This document shows positions 13,421 to 26,482 of a DNA stretch of 64,000 nt, piece by piece. The first letter of the stretch is position 1. Every line of letters begins with the position of its first letter. The translations under genes and the position numbers were made by a program. The DNA is from Lama glama. Taxonomy: Eukaryota. The notes beneath the pieces were generated by a model, which had not been told where the DNA came from, searched no databases, and saw only the letters and a list, made by a program, of their open reading frames with translations. The stretch lies in the NCBI GenBank assembly GCA_028534125.1, contig CM052818.1, positions 19,532,001 to 19,596,000 on the forward strand. Direction: 5' to 3'.

Positions 13421-16246
13421 CCAGGGCTGGGTGTCCTGTTATACAAGCTGTTTGCTTCTTGGTGTGTTATACTGCCCACCCACTGCAAAGGGGAGTCCAG
13501 CTCTACTTTATGGGCATGGATGCACCTCCTGGGCCCCATCCCAGGGGCAGAAAGACTTTGTCTCAGGGCTGGGCCACTCCTGCTGGAAACCCGTGGGCCC
13601 CAGGCCACAGTGCCTACCTCCAACACGTTCTGATAGCAGGGAGGTCAGGGAGTGAGGATCGGGGAGCAAAGGGCTAAACCCACTGTAAAACAAAGAATTC
13701 CTCTTGGAAAAACCCTGCAAATCACCTTTCTTTCTTTTCCTTCCTCTTCCCCAAACAAAACAACCTAGATTATCCACCTTTCTATCGGAGGATGCCATCT
13801 GACAGCAGGGTCACACGGAGTAAGACCACAGGAGGCTCCCCAGAACAACCAGCAAAGGGAAATGCTGAATGTCAGGCTGGCTTAGTCGATGAGGAACTGA
13901 CCTTTGGGAAGAGCAGGCCGGTGCCAGTGATTATGCCTGGCTTTACACTTCCCTCAACCACATGGCCTGTGAGTTTACCCCGTGGCTCCTGTCCCCATCA
14001 GGGGCTGTGGCAGCCAAAAATGTTTAATGAACTTGGCAAAGTGATAAACTACGTCTGTGCTAATACCTCTGATCCCAGCCCCCTCACTGGAGGGCTGGTA
14101 TTTTAAGCGTCCTTTTGATCTTCGACAAGTCACTGGGTTTAAGTCAGAGATATTAACAGAAGCCCCAGGACTCTGATCGCTTCTGCTGGGTGGAAGGCAC
14201 CATTAGAAATTTATCACAATGCAACCTGAGAACAAGGTGAGGAAGGCCAGGTAGAGATCAGAGTGGTGCCCTTGAAGCCAACATTGGCCTTCACCAGACT
14301 CAGACTCAGTCAAGGTCTGGCTCCAGCTAACACCTAGTTATCAGCTCAAAACATTTTCCAAAACAGCCCAGGTTTCCTGGGGGAGATGCTATGACTGGTT
14401 CCATTTGTTTACAACTGGCAAGCTCTGGCTTGTCGAGAGGGCCTTACAGTTCCTGCGCTGGGGAGCGTCCCCTGGGGCTCTGACATCCCTTCCCCCAGGA
14501 CTCTTCCAAGTCCCCCAGGACCTCAGCTGGGCAGGGCAGAAACTTCCAAGAGGGGTGGGGAGGGGAAGGGCAAACTGGTTTGCTCTTCTGTCAACAGCCC
14601 CAGCCCGATGGCCTGGACTTTCAAAACCAGTCTGGCAGGCTGCCAGGCCTGGGGTGGGAGCAGTGACTGACAGACTAGTTATTGGAAAGCTCCCATCATT
14701 AGCCCCGGAATGTTGTTTGGTTACTATGGTGACCTTCCCTCCAAGCAGCCTGACTAAAGCACAAGGAATCTGTTACCTAAAACCAGCACCCCACGGAGCC
14801 CATGGCTTCAGGAACCAAGCTTATCAGTGGCCTGTTCCCTGTGACCCTCTCCAGCTGGGCCTCCCAGCTGCCTCTCAATCCCAGAATGAGAAGGGACCAG
14901 CAAAGGCATCTCTGCACTTGCCATGGGACCTCTTGCATTCCGAGGCCTGGCCTGGCTGGGAACCCAGGTCCAAATAGGGAGCCTGCTGCCCCCTTGAGGC
15001 CCCCTGCAAGCTGGCCAGCAACAGCCTGGCCAGCACATGTGTCCAGGGCTTAGTCGGAAGCCCTCCGGAAGGAAACTGCTTGGGCGTCTGGTTCCCACTG
15101 TGCCAGGTTCACACCGTCCCTGCAGGGCCATCAGTCTCTGTCTCATCATGTTTCTGCCTTTTTAAACTTGAGCTCCATTAACTAAAGGTCACCCCAACAG
15201 CACAGAAATCAAGATCCTCTTTGCTTTGCTGTCTAATCCCTGAATTCAGGAGGATTTTTAAAAGTCAACTCCACGAAAGCTGGGTTTTTCTCTAGGAGTC
15301 TTGAGACTGCCCAGAAGAATGGTGACCTCTTGTGCAGCTAAGGAGCTTAAACACGTTTTCACAGCTTCCCCTGCCCTCGTGCACAGGATGCCTGAGGCCC
15401 ACCATGTGCACTGCCCCTGTCAGGCCCCACGTTATGGTCTTCTGCTATTTGTGGGCACCTTCCAGACCCCCTACACTGCTGCCCTTGAATGCAGTTGTAA
15501 ACCAGCTGTGAAATCTTTTCTTGTCTGAGTCTCACAATAGACCTAGGAGGCAGAGGGAGGCAGGACAGATGTCACTCTCTCAGCAGAAGAGAAAACGGAG
15601 GCACAGGAAGGAGGAGCAAGCTGCTGGAGGTAGCACAGGTAAGTGACAGGCAGGGACCTATTATGGCCCCCACATGGGGACAAGCTCACCAGGAAAGCAT
15701 CCCACCAGCATCCCCTCTGTGCCAGGCCTCCTCCAACCCTGACACTGGCCCGCCGCCCTCTCCTTCACTAAGGCAGCCTCTGCAGAAGGGAAGAGCCTCT
15801 ACAAGGTCTCAGCCACTGGGGCAGCTGTTGGCAAGGCGCTGGGTGGCAGACAGACCCACACCAGCAGCCTTTAAGTGCCCGAAATACAGACCTTGTTGGG
15901 GATGCCAAGGTCAGGGTGAAGGGGGTTGGGCTTTTTTGCTTAGGTGCAGTGATATTTATTGAATCAAAGGTTTAATGAACTGCCGTGGCAACAGCTGGAG
16001 CCACACACAGTCTGTTCCCAAAGCAGGGAGCAGCTGGAGAAGCAGGAGGCAGTGTCAGTTGAAGAGCAATGACATTCTTCAGTGATCCCTGACCGGTAAT
16101 GGACTCAGTGACATTTCCTGCTAATCCCTGGGTTTCATCCATGGGGAAAAGTATTGACTTATTTGCAACTGTGAGCTGTGGTCACACCCTAGGGTCACTA
16201 CACAGTGCTATGTAGCAGGTGGATTTTCCACCCCCACACCTAACTC

Positions 16247-16251
<5 letters not shown>

Positions 16252-16285
<34 letters not shown>

Positions 16286-16288
16286 TTA
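16252..16288. repeat. (TA)n microsatellite followed by a T run
   Basis: Directly visible. Confidence 0.95.
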
Positions 16289-19200
16289 TGAAGGTGATTT
16301 TTTTTTGCTTAAGACAACAGAAGTGTGTTCTCTCACAGTTCTGGAAGCCAGAAGCCCCCCATAATTTTACCGGCTAGTTTTGCAGCCTTGGAGGGCTGGC
16401 TCAGATCAGAACAGAGCTCCGCATGGTCGCGGAGGTGAGGGGCTCGCAGTGGCTCAGAGATAAAGACCCTGCTACTGCTTCTCTCTCCCTGCCACCCCTA
16501 GACAGGCAGACTTCACACAGTGAGGCACCACTGGGGAATGGGATGCTCTGGTTCCCAAATGCTCCACGGGAGGCCTCTCTGCAGTGACAGAGAAACACAG
16601 GAACCCCAAGGAGACCTCTGGGGATGGGACTCAAATGTTGTCCTTCCCTGGGCTGTGACCCCAGGCCCCAAGAGCTGTTGAGATCCCTGCAGTGGCTCTG
16701 CGGGGCTGGATTGGGGAGTGCTATTCCCACAGCAGAGGCTGCCCCTGTAGAAGGCTCCTGCCTGCAGAACTAGGGACACAGAGTGGCAGTTATCCCACAC
16801 ACTGACCAGCAGCACAATCTGCACCTGGGCCTCCCACCTTTCTTGGGTGTAGGACCCCTCTGAGGCTCTGCTGAAAGCCATTTCCATGGATGCAGGCACA
16901 CAGGTGCAAATGTCATAGTTCCAGTCCAGGCATTCCTGGAAGCCCAGAAGTCCACCCACAGGCCTGCTAGGGGGTCACTAACCTTACAGCAAGGACCACC
17001 TCCCCCACATCCCCATGAAGATGCTTTGGTGAGTGAAGCATTTCCTGTTGAAGGAGTTGGCACCAGAATGAGGAGGGAAGAAAGGTGGGGTGGGGAGTGC
17101 ATTTGGGAGAAGATGGAGAAGACATTCCCACACCAGCCCAAGAGCCTGGGAGGAGGGGGAAAGACAGCGGGAGGCAGGCGGTACCCCTCAGGCTGGGCTG
17201 GGAGGCGCTGCCTCCACGTACCAGACAAACCCCACTCCCACCGTGTCTCACAGAGCGTGGGCTCAAGCAGACTTTGAGAAAGTGGTGTCAGCCTCCCCAC
17301 ATCAGGCCAGGGATATGATTCTGCCAGTAGGAAGTATGCAGCCCAGAAGTTAGGAGGAGACGTGGCGCAGTCAGATGGGAGATGCTGGACTGGGAGCCTC
17401 CTCCACTGGGATGGGGTTGGAGTGGGGCCAGGGGGCAGCGTGTGGACCCCTTGCCTGGCTCCCATGGGGCAGCTCTATTCCATCTGCTTACGTCTCCATT
17501 TACAGATAAGATTTCACTTGGAAAAAGGACTTGCTGAAAAACGATGTCTGATGCCTGGCCTAGCCTCTCATTTCTTCTGTGACACACGCTCTGACCCCCT
17601 CCCGACTCTAGGATTCTAACCCTTTTTTGGTGACAGTTTCTCTTTCTACAGAAGCCTAAGTGACAATACATACACACACGCGCAAACACACACACACGCC
17701 CACACAAAGCCAGAGGCAGCATGAGAACAGAGCTTTGGAAAAACAGTCAGGTAACTGGTACGGGAAGAAGAGAACCTTTGTCCTTCGTGTATTTTCATAA
17801 AAGCAAAAAATAAAATTTCTACACAGTAAGTCTCACTGTATTGTACTTGGGATTAATGAGACAAGGAAACTAATCCCTCATCCACATACAGTTTTATCCA
17901 TGTTGAGCATTCCCTAAGCTACCTATCTTTTAAAGTGAACTGATTTCGATTTTAATAATCTTTCAAGTACAGGGTTGAGGCCAAGAGCCAGGGCTGTCTC
18001 CCGAACACAAAGAACTGGCTATGTGGCGCCCGCCACGCACTGCCTCTGCTTACACCTGGCCGTGAGCAGCTGGCACCCACCTGGGCCAGGTCAGTGGGTC
18101 AGAAGTCAGGGTGCTGCGAGCCGGCAGTCAGTCTGGATGAGGGTAAGCAGGGTTGACCTGCAGGATGAACACCTGCCCTTGGCCTTTTACCCCCGGGGCT
18201 CCCTCTTCAGCAGGACACACTGGGGAGCTTACAGTTAGGACGCTGTCACTCCCAAAGCACCTTGCCTGAGCCTTGACAGGCAGGAAGCCACCCCCAGCAA
18301 AACTCACAAGCACAGCCATGGAGGCGGCCTCTTAAGGAGGCCAAAAGTGCAGGGAAGCCTGAGCCTCGGCCTCAGGGTCAGCGCCGCCCCTGCTAGGCAG
18401 GATGCACAGAGAGACTCCTGGGCTCTCTTCCTTGGGCCGGGCAGCCTGCAGCTTCCCTCCATCACCGATTACGTCTGTGGCTCCCACCAGTTTCCCTAAT
18501 TCTTTGTGAACCTGCTTCTGCTGCTAGCATGAGTCACCTCCCTGGGTACCAGCACCGTGCTCCCTCCTGCTGTCCAAAGCAGGAAAGCCTTTGACTGGTT
18601 CTAAATGGCCCTCCTTCAGACCCTAAGGTGGGGCACAGTGGGAGTGGGAACGCTTGTGGCCCCACACCCTGGGATCACAGGATTCAGAGAAACTAAGTCT
18701 ATCACCCCCAGTATCACCTGGCTGGGGGAGGAGGGCAGAAATCCCTCTCATTCCCTGTCACCGAGCATTGCGCCCTCCTGCCACAGCTGGCCCAGTGAGG
18801 CTCCTGTTCCCCAGTGTCCTGGGTGGGTGGCAGTAGGTCCTCTGTGTATAGTCCTGCTCCAAGCACCAATGTGTGGGCCAAGTGCAGCGAGAACCCTGCT
18901 CCACACAGAGACAGAGGGAGAGGCCAGGACTATCTTGGAGGAAGTTAACCCCTTCCCCCCGCCTGCCCATGGCCTGCCCAGCCACAGGAGGATGGGTCAC
19001 TTGCCTCCACCAGTGCAGCCAGTGTTAGATCCCATCCTTGGCTGGTTGTGCCAGGGTTATGATTAGGTTCCACAATTTAGTGTCCCCATGAGGCTCAAAT
19101 GAGGAGCCCAGGGTGGGATGGCCCATGTACTGGAGCACAGTTTCCTCGGTGGTTCACACAGTTACTGCAGAGAGCGCCCCACTCCCCACATGGCCCCTCC

Positions 19201-19352
19201 TGGCATAGAACGGAATGCCAGTGCCATGCTCTGACCCCACCAGTCCTCGCCCTACTGTGGCTCTCCAGCCAGGGAGTGTGCCTGCAGTGGGTGCTCCATC
19301 AGTGTGTGCTGGCTGGCGACGTGGCAAGGCGGGGTGTGCACAGGGAACTCAC

Positions 19353-19513
19353 CTGAAGTTCTCTGGATACTCGGCGATGGCCATGTTGATGACGTCCAGG
19401 GCATGCTGGTAGTGCTTCTGGGCGGAGAAGAGGAGTGCCAGCAGGTGAAGGGCGTTGGCGTCATCCTTGCACACTTTCAGGGCCTCCTGCAGCTGCTCCA
19501 TGGCGCTGGAGAT
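19353..19513 (-). CDS. TTC7A: TTC7A exon 15 (161 nt): [53 protein letters not shown](S)
   Basis: Acceptor ctggcag|ATC, donor TTC AG|gtgagt; TPR-type helical peptide. Confidence 0.96.
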
Positions 19514-22299
19514 CTGCCAGAGAGAACTGCCAGCTTAGCGACCTTCCCCAAGGCCTGTGCCTCTCCCCAGGACTCTGGGGCCACAAGCCAACCAACCAGG
19601 GCACAGCAGACTCAAGTGAGACCCTGGGCACTGGGGCTCAGGTGAGAAAATACACCTTCAAATAACACGCTGGAAGGATCTGCTGCCCCAGGTCAGGCCC
19701 GGGAAGCCGGTGCTATTTCCTAAACTGGAGGAGTAGGGGCTAAAAGGACAGGGCACCCAGACCGTTAGCTACACATTTTTGCTCTGAACCTGTCCATGCA
19801 GTGATGGGGCGACAGATAAATGCCACCTCCTACTCAGAGGCTCACAGTGGCAAGAGCTTAGGTTCTGGGGTCAGAAGGGGCATGGATCCCAGCTCTGCCA
19901 CTTCCTAGCTGGCACCCAGGACAGAGGACTTCACCTTTCTGAGCTGCAGTTCTTATGCTACAAAATGACAGTGGCTGAGAGGGTGAGACAGGTAGAATTG
20001 TCTTGAGTACCAAGTGTGTTTGAAAATGTGAGTTTCTGTCTTGAAGCCTCCAAAACTCAGGCAACTAACGAACAGGTAAGATTCTTCTTTCCAGTCTTTG
20101 AGGGATGTGTTCTCTCAGGTGCTCAGGCCCGAGGATCGTGTCAGCTCCTGTGACTCTATCCACACAGGGCCCTGCCCTCCTAGGAGCATCCAGAGTCTTT
20201 CTCAGAAAGTCTTTCTCCTTACCAATCCTCGGTCTCCAGTCTCCAATGCTCCTTGAGGGGCCTACAGTGCAGGGAGGCTGGGGCCTGGCCACCGCCTGGT
20301 CTCCATCTGGCCTCTGTACTGGCTGTAGGCACTACTGCCAGGCCCAGAGTCCTCCCATGGGGAAAGGTCAAGGGAAGTAAAGGAGGAAGCCAGGGTCATT
20401 ATGGGCCAACAGCTTGCCTTGCCTGAGTCTCTCCAAGGCTACTCCTGCCCTGGTGATTCTCCAGAGTGGACCCCATTATCCTGGGCTGCATGTCCAAATC
20501 TGCAGCCGTGCATGCTCTGGGCAGGATGGGCTGGAGGGCCTCAGAGACCTAAGCTGGCAGGACTGGCTTAGAATTCATTTAGGGGCCCTCACCCCCCTGA
20601 AGCTACCAAGTTCTGGGGTCCTCAAGGAAACTGGGTACCAGGTTCCACTGGCCTGGCCTAGCCATCTCTCTGGGAGGACAGACGCCATTCATCAGAGGTG
20701 GCTGAATAATTAAAGATATTTAAAAATGTATCACCAGAGGTTTATCAGGAACTTGTCTGGCAAGCAAAGCACTGGCTCTTTTACAGAGGCTAAAAATAAA
20801 GTGGTCTCAAGTATCTCTGTGTCCATACTCCTGGGAGCACCAGAGCAGACTGATGTTTCTAGGGAGACAGGCAGAGAGGTACCAAGTGCCTCCTCCAGGA
20901 CCTGGAAGTCAGCAGCCAGGGGCACAGTGGGACAGGGGCTGGGACAGGCAGTGGCAGCCTGGAGGCAGAGGAGGGATGGAGCGACTGGGGAGAGGTATGG
21001 CATGACCATGGGGAGGGATGGGTGCAAGAGGAAAGGAGAGAAGCAATGAATGGCTGAGGGAAGGTCAACAGGGCTGCTGGGGGAAAAATGGTTGAGACAG
21101 GAGGACCTGGAGAGGGAGAGAGTGTGACTCACGAAGAGACAAGTCAGGGCAGGGTGGACATGGGCACTGGGTTCAGGTGTGGGGCAAGAGGGAAGGGGTC
21201 CCACAGTAAAGGGGCAGGGAGGGGACGAGCCAGGCTGACACTGGGCTTGAGGGGAAGGTGAAGCAGACAGTAAGGTGAACAGTTCAGGGGAGCACAGTTC
21301 CCCGAACTACCTGAAGACCAGACCAGGGGCCAGAAGCTGACACCGACCAGTAAAACCAATAGCCAGGTTGGTGGACAAGGTTCCAAGTGCCCTGTTTCCA
21401 AATGCAACAGGGGAATAAGATACTTAGAGCCACGTGGGGTTTCTTAACTGGGTCAGAGTGGACTCTGGAGCAGAGTGGACTGTGCTGGCCTGGCCAGTTT
21501 CCAGTTCCTGAGCTCAGGGAAGTCAGCACCTCAGGTGTAAATCAGGGCCAATGGCGCCCTCGTCATCAGATGCAGGGCTCCCCCAGGCCAGTGTGCGGCG
21601 CAGCAGCACCTCGTTAGCTGGGCTGCCTGTACCCTGACCACAAGTAGATGGGGGCTCTGGTGACTCCTCTCGCACAGTCTGGAGCCCAGCCTGTGTCCAT
21701 GCTGGCTTGTTTGCTGTCCCCAAGCAGTCCAGGGTCCACACTCACCAGGTCAAGGCCACTGAGAGGTCTTGCTTTACAGGCCAGGTGTGTGCACAAACCA
21801 CCAGCCTGAGAGGCCAAGCACATGTGACATCAGCAATTTGGAAGAGCCTGGGGGATGGGAGCCCTTGCTCTTTTCTGAAAGGCAACCTGCTGGGTGGGTG
21901 ATTGCCTGGTCCCACAACCTGACAACTCAGCTGCTCAGCTTGGGAAGGATGCAGGTCGGCGTGGAGAACCATAGGTGGTCCCAGTAGGGCAATGGTGGTC
22001 AGAGTATGGGAGGCTCCCATCAGGCCTCAGAGGCCGAGCCTGATGTTGGCATCTACAGGGTCAGGGAAAAGCTTTGGGTCATGCAGAAATAGCTCCATGT
22101 ACCAGTCACTCTGCTCCCCCAGACCCTTGGGCAAAGCTCAGCAGAAGGCAAGGATGCAAACAGATGTTTATTGTGGTCACCTGTCAACTTTTCATGTCAT
22201 GTCTCAACTGACATGTTGTAGGGGGACTGAGAGCAGAGAACAACCCCCTCCTATGTCCCCACCATGGGCAGGGGCTTTACCACACTAGCTGACTTAAGC

Positions 22300-22430
22300 C
22301 TTAATTCTTACTAGATCCCTGTGAGGTGGAGTATGAATGCTCACATAACAGATAAGGAAATAGAAGCTCAGAGAGGTCAAGTCACTTGCAAAGGGTCACA
22401 CAGCTGATAAAAGCAGTGGGGCTAGGAGAT
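22300..22430 (-). mobile_element. MIR SINE
   Basis: acagataaggaaatagaagctcagagaggtcaagtcacttgcaaagggtcacacagctg. Confidence 0.7.
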
Positions 22431-22456
22431 CAGCAGCCCCAGGGACTTGTGTGTTA

Positions 22457-22576
<120 letters not shown>

Positions 22577-23592
22577 TCACAGTCACCTAGGATTGATCAA
22601 CCAGTGAGCGATGAGGGCTTCCAGCATGCCAGCCCGTGCTGGGCACCAAGCGGCAAAGTGTCAGGGATTCCGCCCACCCCTGCTTTGAAGGGTGCTCAGC
22701 AAATGATGGCTGGGGCAGAACGCATCAGGGCAGCCACAGCAGGGGGCAGTGGGCTCCAAGAGGGCTGGCTCTGGCTGAGGTGGGGGTTGTCTGGGAGGGT
22801 AGGACTAGGGGTGGGGAAACCCCTCTCCTCTGGCCTGGGTCTGGCCTGTACGGAGCCTGGAGCCTGCCCGCTCCACTGTGGGATAGGAGAGAACACCCCC
22901 GAGGATGGAGGGGCTGGGAACAGCCTCTGCGAAAGAAGCGCGGGAATGACAAGCTGGTGAGAGAAGGGAGGAAATGTCCTCTGGCCCTGGGAGCTTAGAA
23001 GGAGTTGGCTGGGATAGGACTCTCCTACCTCACTGGGTCTGAGAACAAACCGCCTGAGAGGGGAGCTGGATGCTCCAAGGAAGCCCGCATATTGAGTCTG
23101 GGGCAGGCCCCCAACCAGCAGCTCCCACCAGTGCTTTGACAGAGCAAAACACACAGGGCTCAGGGAGAAGAGCCCTTCGATGGGCCAGAGAAAGGAGAGG
23201 GGAGGGAGCTCAGGGGGCTGTGGTGGAGAGGGGCTCAGCAAGGACGCCCGAGGGAGGGAGGGCCTCACTGGTGGAGGGGCTGGGAAAAGACAAACACCCT
23301 TTTGGAGCCCCTGCTACTGGTAGGTCAAGGTGCATTCTCCCTTTATTTCATGTAATTATCACAGCAATAAAGGGGTACTGTTCCCTTTTAGAGCCCTGAG
23401 CTCAGGGAGGGCGGGAGCCTAGCCTGGAGGGAGCCCTCAACCTGCCCACCCAACCCTAAAGGCTGGTTTCCTGCTTCCCATGTGAGCTCTGAGAGTCTCA
23501 GTTTGCTGGGCAATAAAATGGGGACAGAAATCTTTGCTCTATCCACGCCAGAGGGTCCTCTGAGAAAATGTGAGAATGAGGCACCTCCTTAC

Positions 23593-23650
23593 CTCTCCAG
23601 CATCTGCAGTGCTTTCCGGTGCAATTCGTCTTGCTTGGATTTCAGAGTTG
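23593..23650 (-). CDS. TTC7A: TTC7A exon 13 (58 nt): (A)TLKSKQDELHRKALQMLE(R)
   Basis: Acceptor ctgcag|CA ACT, donor GAG AG|gtaagg; peptide in ORF 23589..23780. Confidence 0.96.
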
Positions 23651-24019
23651 CTGCAGGAGAGAGGGTGGAGACAGAGCCATGAGGGGCTGCTGGAGGGGGC
23701 CAAACCAGCCCCACCCCATCTGGGGCACAGAGCTCTGTGGGGAGAGGCCCCACGGGACCCTGCCTGGCAGGTGCTTGCACTCAAGCAGCTCCTAACGGGT
23801 GCCACCCTTTGCCCTTGTTACCAGGGTAGAGGGTATGGGTCTTCCCCTGGCCCCAATCTCCCGGCCTGCTTCTAGGCACAAGAGGTCCTTCTTCTCCTTC
23901 ACCTTCTTTGCCACCTGGGTCAACCTGACCCTTCCAAAGGCCCACACCTGGAGAGAAAAGCTACCATCTCTGTCCTGGCCACATGCCTCCTTGGGTTTCC
24001 TCATTCATGTGGCTTCTCC

Positions 24020-24205
24020 TCTTTTAACCATTTCAACAAATTTTAGGTGGACAATTCAGTGGCACTAAGAACATTCACCATGTTGTACAACCATGACCAC
24101 CATCCATTTCCAGAACTTTACCAACTCTAGCAGAGTGTCTGAACCCACTGAACACTAAATCCCTTCCTCCTAGCCCACCAGAAACCTCTATCATACTTTC
24201 TCCAC
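24020..24205 (-). mobile_element. L1MB-type 3' end fragment
   Basis: acaattcagtggcactaagaacattcaccatgttgtacaaccatgaccaccatccatttccagaac is the antisense L1MB 3' terminus pattern. Confidence 0.75.
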
Positions 24206-25331
24206 GAGGTTTCTTACTTTAATCCAAAGCTGGCACCTTTCTGGTAAATTGAACCTGACTTTAAATGCAGTAGGAAAGGCATTAAAAGCTTTAGCGGGTG
24301 CTGAACTCCCTGGGAAGCTTTAAAATGACTGTCGTCCCAGGCTCCAGCCAGACCAGGTCGGAATGCTGCTGACAGGACCAGGTGTGGATAGATGTCAGAG
24401 GTCCCCAGCTTATAAAGCAGTCCTGCTTCTGACGTATATGTGGCGGGGTAGAGAATGGCTTTAATCCCAGAGGATTAAAGTCACAGGGCAGGTCTCTTGC
24501 TCTGAGCAAACTGGATTTTGATGAAGGGATTCATGATCCCCCTCACTTGACCAGAGTGTGGAGACCCCAAGGTTCCCTGTCAGAGGCTCACTAATGTCCT
24601 GAAGAAACAGCAACCACTGTCACTAGAGAACAAGGAGCAGGGCCCCGGCACCCCTCCCTCCCCTCCTGTGCAAGTGCTAGCTGTGGTTACCTCTCACTGT
24701 GTGGGGCCTCTGAAGCCTGCTCCTGGGGGCTGGCATTTGGGAGGTGTGGGTGGGAGCTGATCAGCATTCCGGGTTGGGTCTGGATGGGGGCCCATCCCTC
24801 CCTTTCCCTCAAGCTAGGGAAAGATTCAGAGGCAGGTGGCTGCTGACCCCTAGGGGGACACACAGCTGAGCTGGTGAGGTTGGGGAGAGAATGCCAGGCT
24901 CCAGGCAGCAGGAGTGGAACCCATGCACCATTTAATTAAATGCCTGCTGTGTACCCAGCTCTATGCCATGCACTGAAAGGGAAGCTGACGGTGGTGCTGA
25001 GGGTAAAGGTGAACCAGAAGGAAGACACTGTGGGGTCGGGGCTGGTGGTGCATCTCAAGACGACAAGCACCACGGGAGCGGAGGTCAGCGTGGGCCAGGC
25101 CAGAAGCTGGGGCTGGGAGGGAGAAAGAACTGGGCCCATGAAGGCAGCGTGTCTGAGGCTGGTGAAGTCTGAGCAAGAGCGAGGATGGACTGAGGGGTGT
25201 GTATGTGTGTTCACGTGCATGTGCACATGTATCTCAGAGAAGCTGATGGAGGTGTGTTGGGGGGTGGGCACTGGGAGGCCATCAGGAGGCCTGAGTCGCC
25301 CCAGCAGAGGCTCCCAGGCCTCGGCACTCAC

Positions 25332-25449
25332 CATCGGAGGCCTGCAGGCTGTAGGTGAGACCCAGTGCCAGGTAGCCTTTGGAGAGGAACTCCCCGGCCT
25401 CCTCCCCGAGGTGGATGACAATCATGGCAAAGCGCTCTGCCTCCTCCAG
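25332..25449 (-). CDS. TTC7A: TTC7A exon 12 (118 nt): [39 protein letters not shown](A)
   Basis: Acceptor cttctctacag|CTG, donor GAT G|gtgagt; read manually. Confidence 0.96.
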
Positions 25450-26385
25450 CTGTAGAGAAGAGAGGCAAAGGTTACTGGGGAGGATAGGTATCCAGTCACC
25501 AGCCTGGGGCCCTCAGAACTGCAATTCCTTACACCTGACCAGAGAGGCTGGGCAGCTTGTCCAAGGCCACACAGCCACAGAATGCAAGGATTACCTTTCT
25601 TCTACCAGTAACTCCCTGGATCTTTCCCCCCAACGAGGGGTTGTGCGAAAGGTCCCAGGGTGCTACCTCTCACAGGGAAGGCTGCCCTCACTCCAGGGAC
25701 CTCGGCTCTCCAACAGCTGCTCTGCTGAGAGCATGGACCCGGGGCCAGGCCAGTCTGTGCCGACTCCTTTCCTCCCTCTTTCATCGGTAGTGCCTGTGTC
25801 TGCCCCTCCCCTGCTCAGCAGACAGAGGGAAGCCGGGATCGGGGGTGGGCAGGGCTTGAGGACTGGGCCTCGGGGACACGGCCAACCCTGCGGAGCAGAG
25901 TGGAGCGGGCTGCTACTAAGGCTCCGGCTCTGAGCTCCCTCCCTGACCCGGGGGAAGCTCCAAATTTTCAGGGGAAAAAGGCCTGGGGCTATTTCTGTCC
26001 TGGGAGCAGGAGGGACTGTTCCAGTTGGAAAGGGGCCAACTGGCACAGGTCACATGTGCACACATCACATGCAACACGTGACATGAAAAGGGGATACACA
26101 AAGCAGCCCTCACAAGCCCCCTGGGGCACCCAGGGTGGTCAGGCCTGGTGGAAGGTGGGGAGTGGGGGTGGGCAGCTGGCCCACAGGCCTTCCAGAAGCC
26201 ACCCCCACAACCCAGGAGTGTCATCTGCCCACATGCCTCGTGTGGCAGCATCACTAAGAACAGTGATTGGTACAACCCTCAGCAAGGGGCTGAATGATTC
26301 ACACACAAAGCCCCACCACCGCCCAATGTCAAGGCCTCCTTGTGTGGGCCACAGAGGCCCAAAAAGTTATGCTGGGTTCTGGTAC

Positions 26386-26482
26386 CCCAGCCAGAGTGCC
26401 CTTGGAGAGGAACTCCATCCCCAAGGTGGATGACCATCATGGTAAAGCGCTCTGCCTCCTCCAGCTATAAAGAAGAGAAGCA
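26386..26482 (-). pseudogene. Degenerate tandem duplicate of the 5' part of TTC7A exon 12 plus its acceptor (pseudo-exon)
   Basis: First 47 nt match exon 12 at 44 positions, followed by an 8-nt deletion and further similarity (GAGTTCCTCTCCAAGGGC). Acceptor cttctcttctttatag is intact. Confidence 0.88.

Noticed and set aside
16305..16356. MLT1/MaLR LTR-like phrase (ttaagacaacagaagtgtgttctctcacagttctggaagccagaag)
   Set aside because: Probably a real short fragment, but I could not extend it or define boundaries, so it is not listed as a feature.
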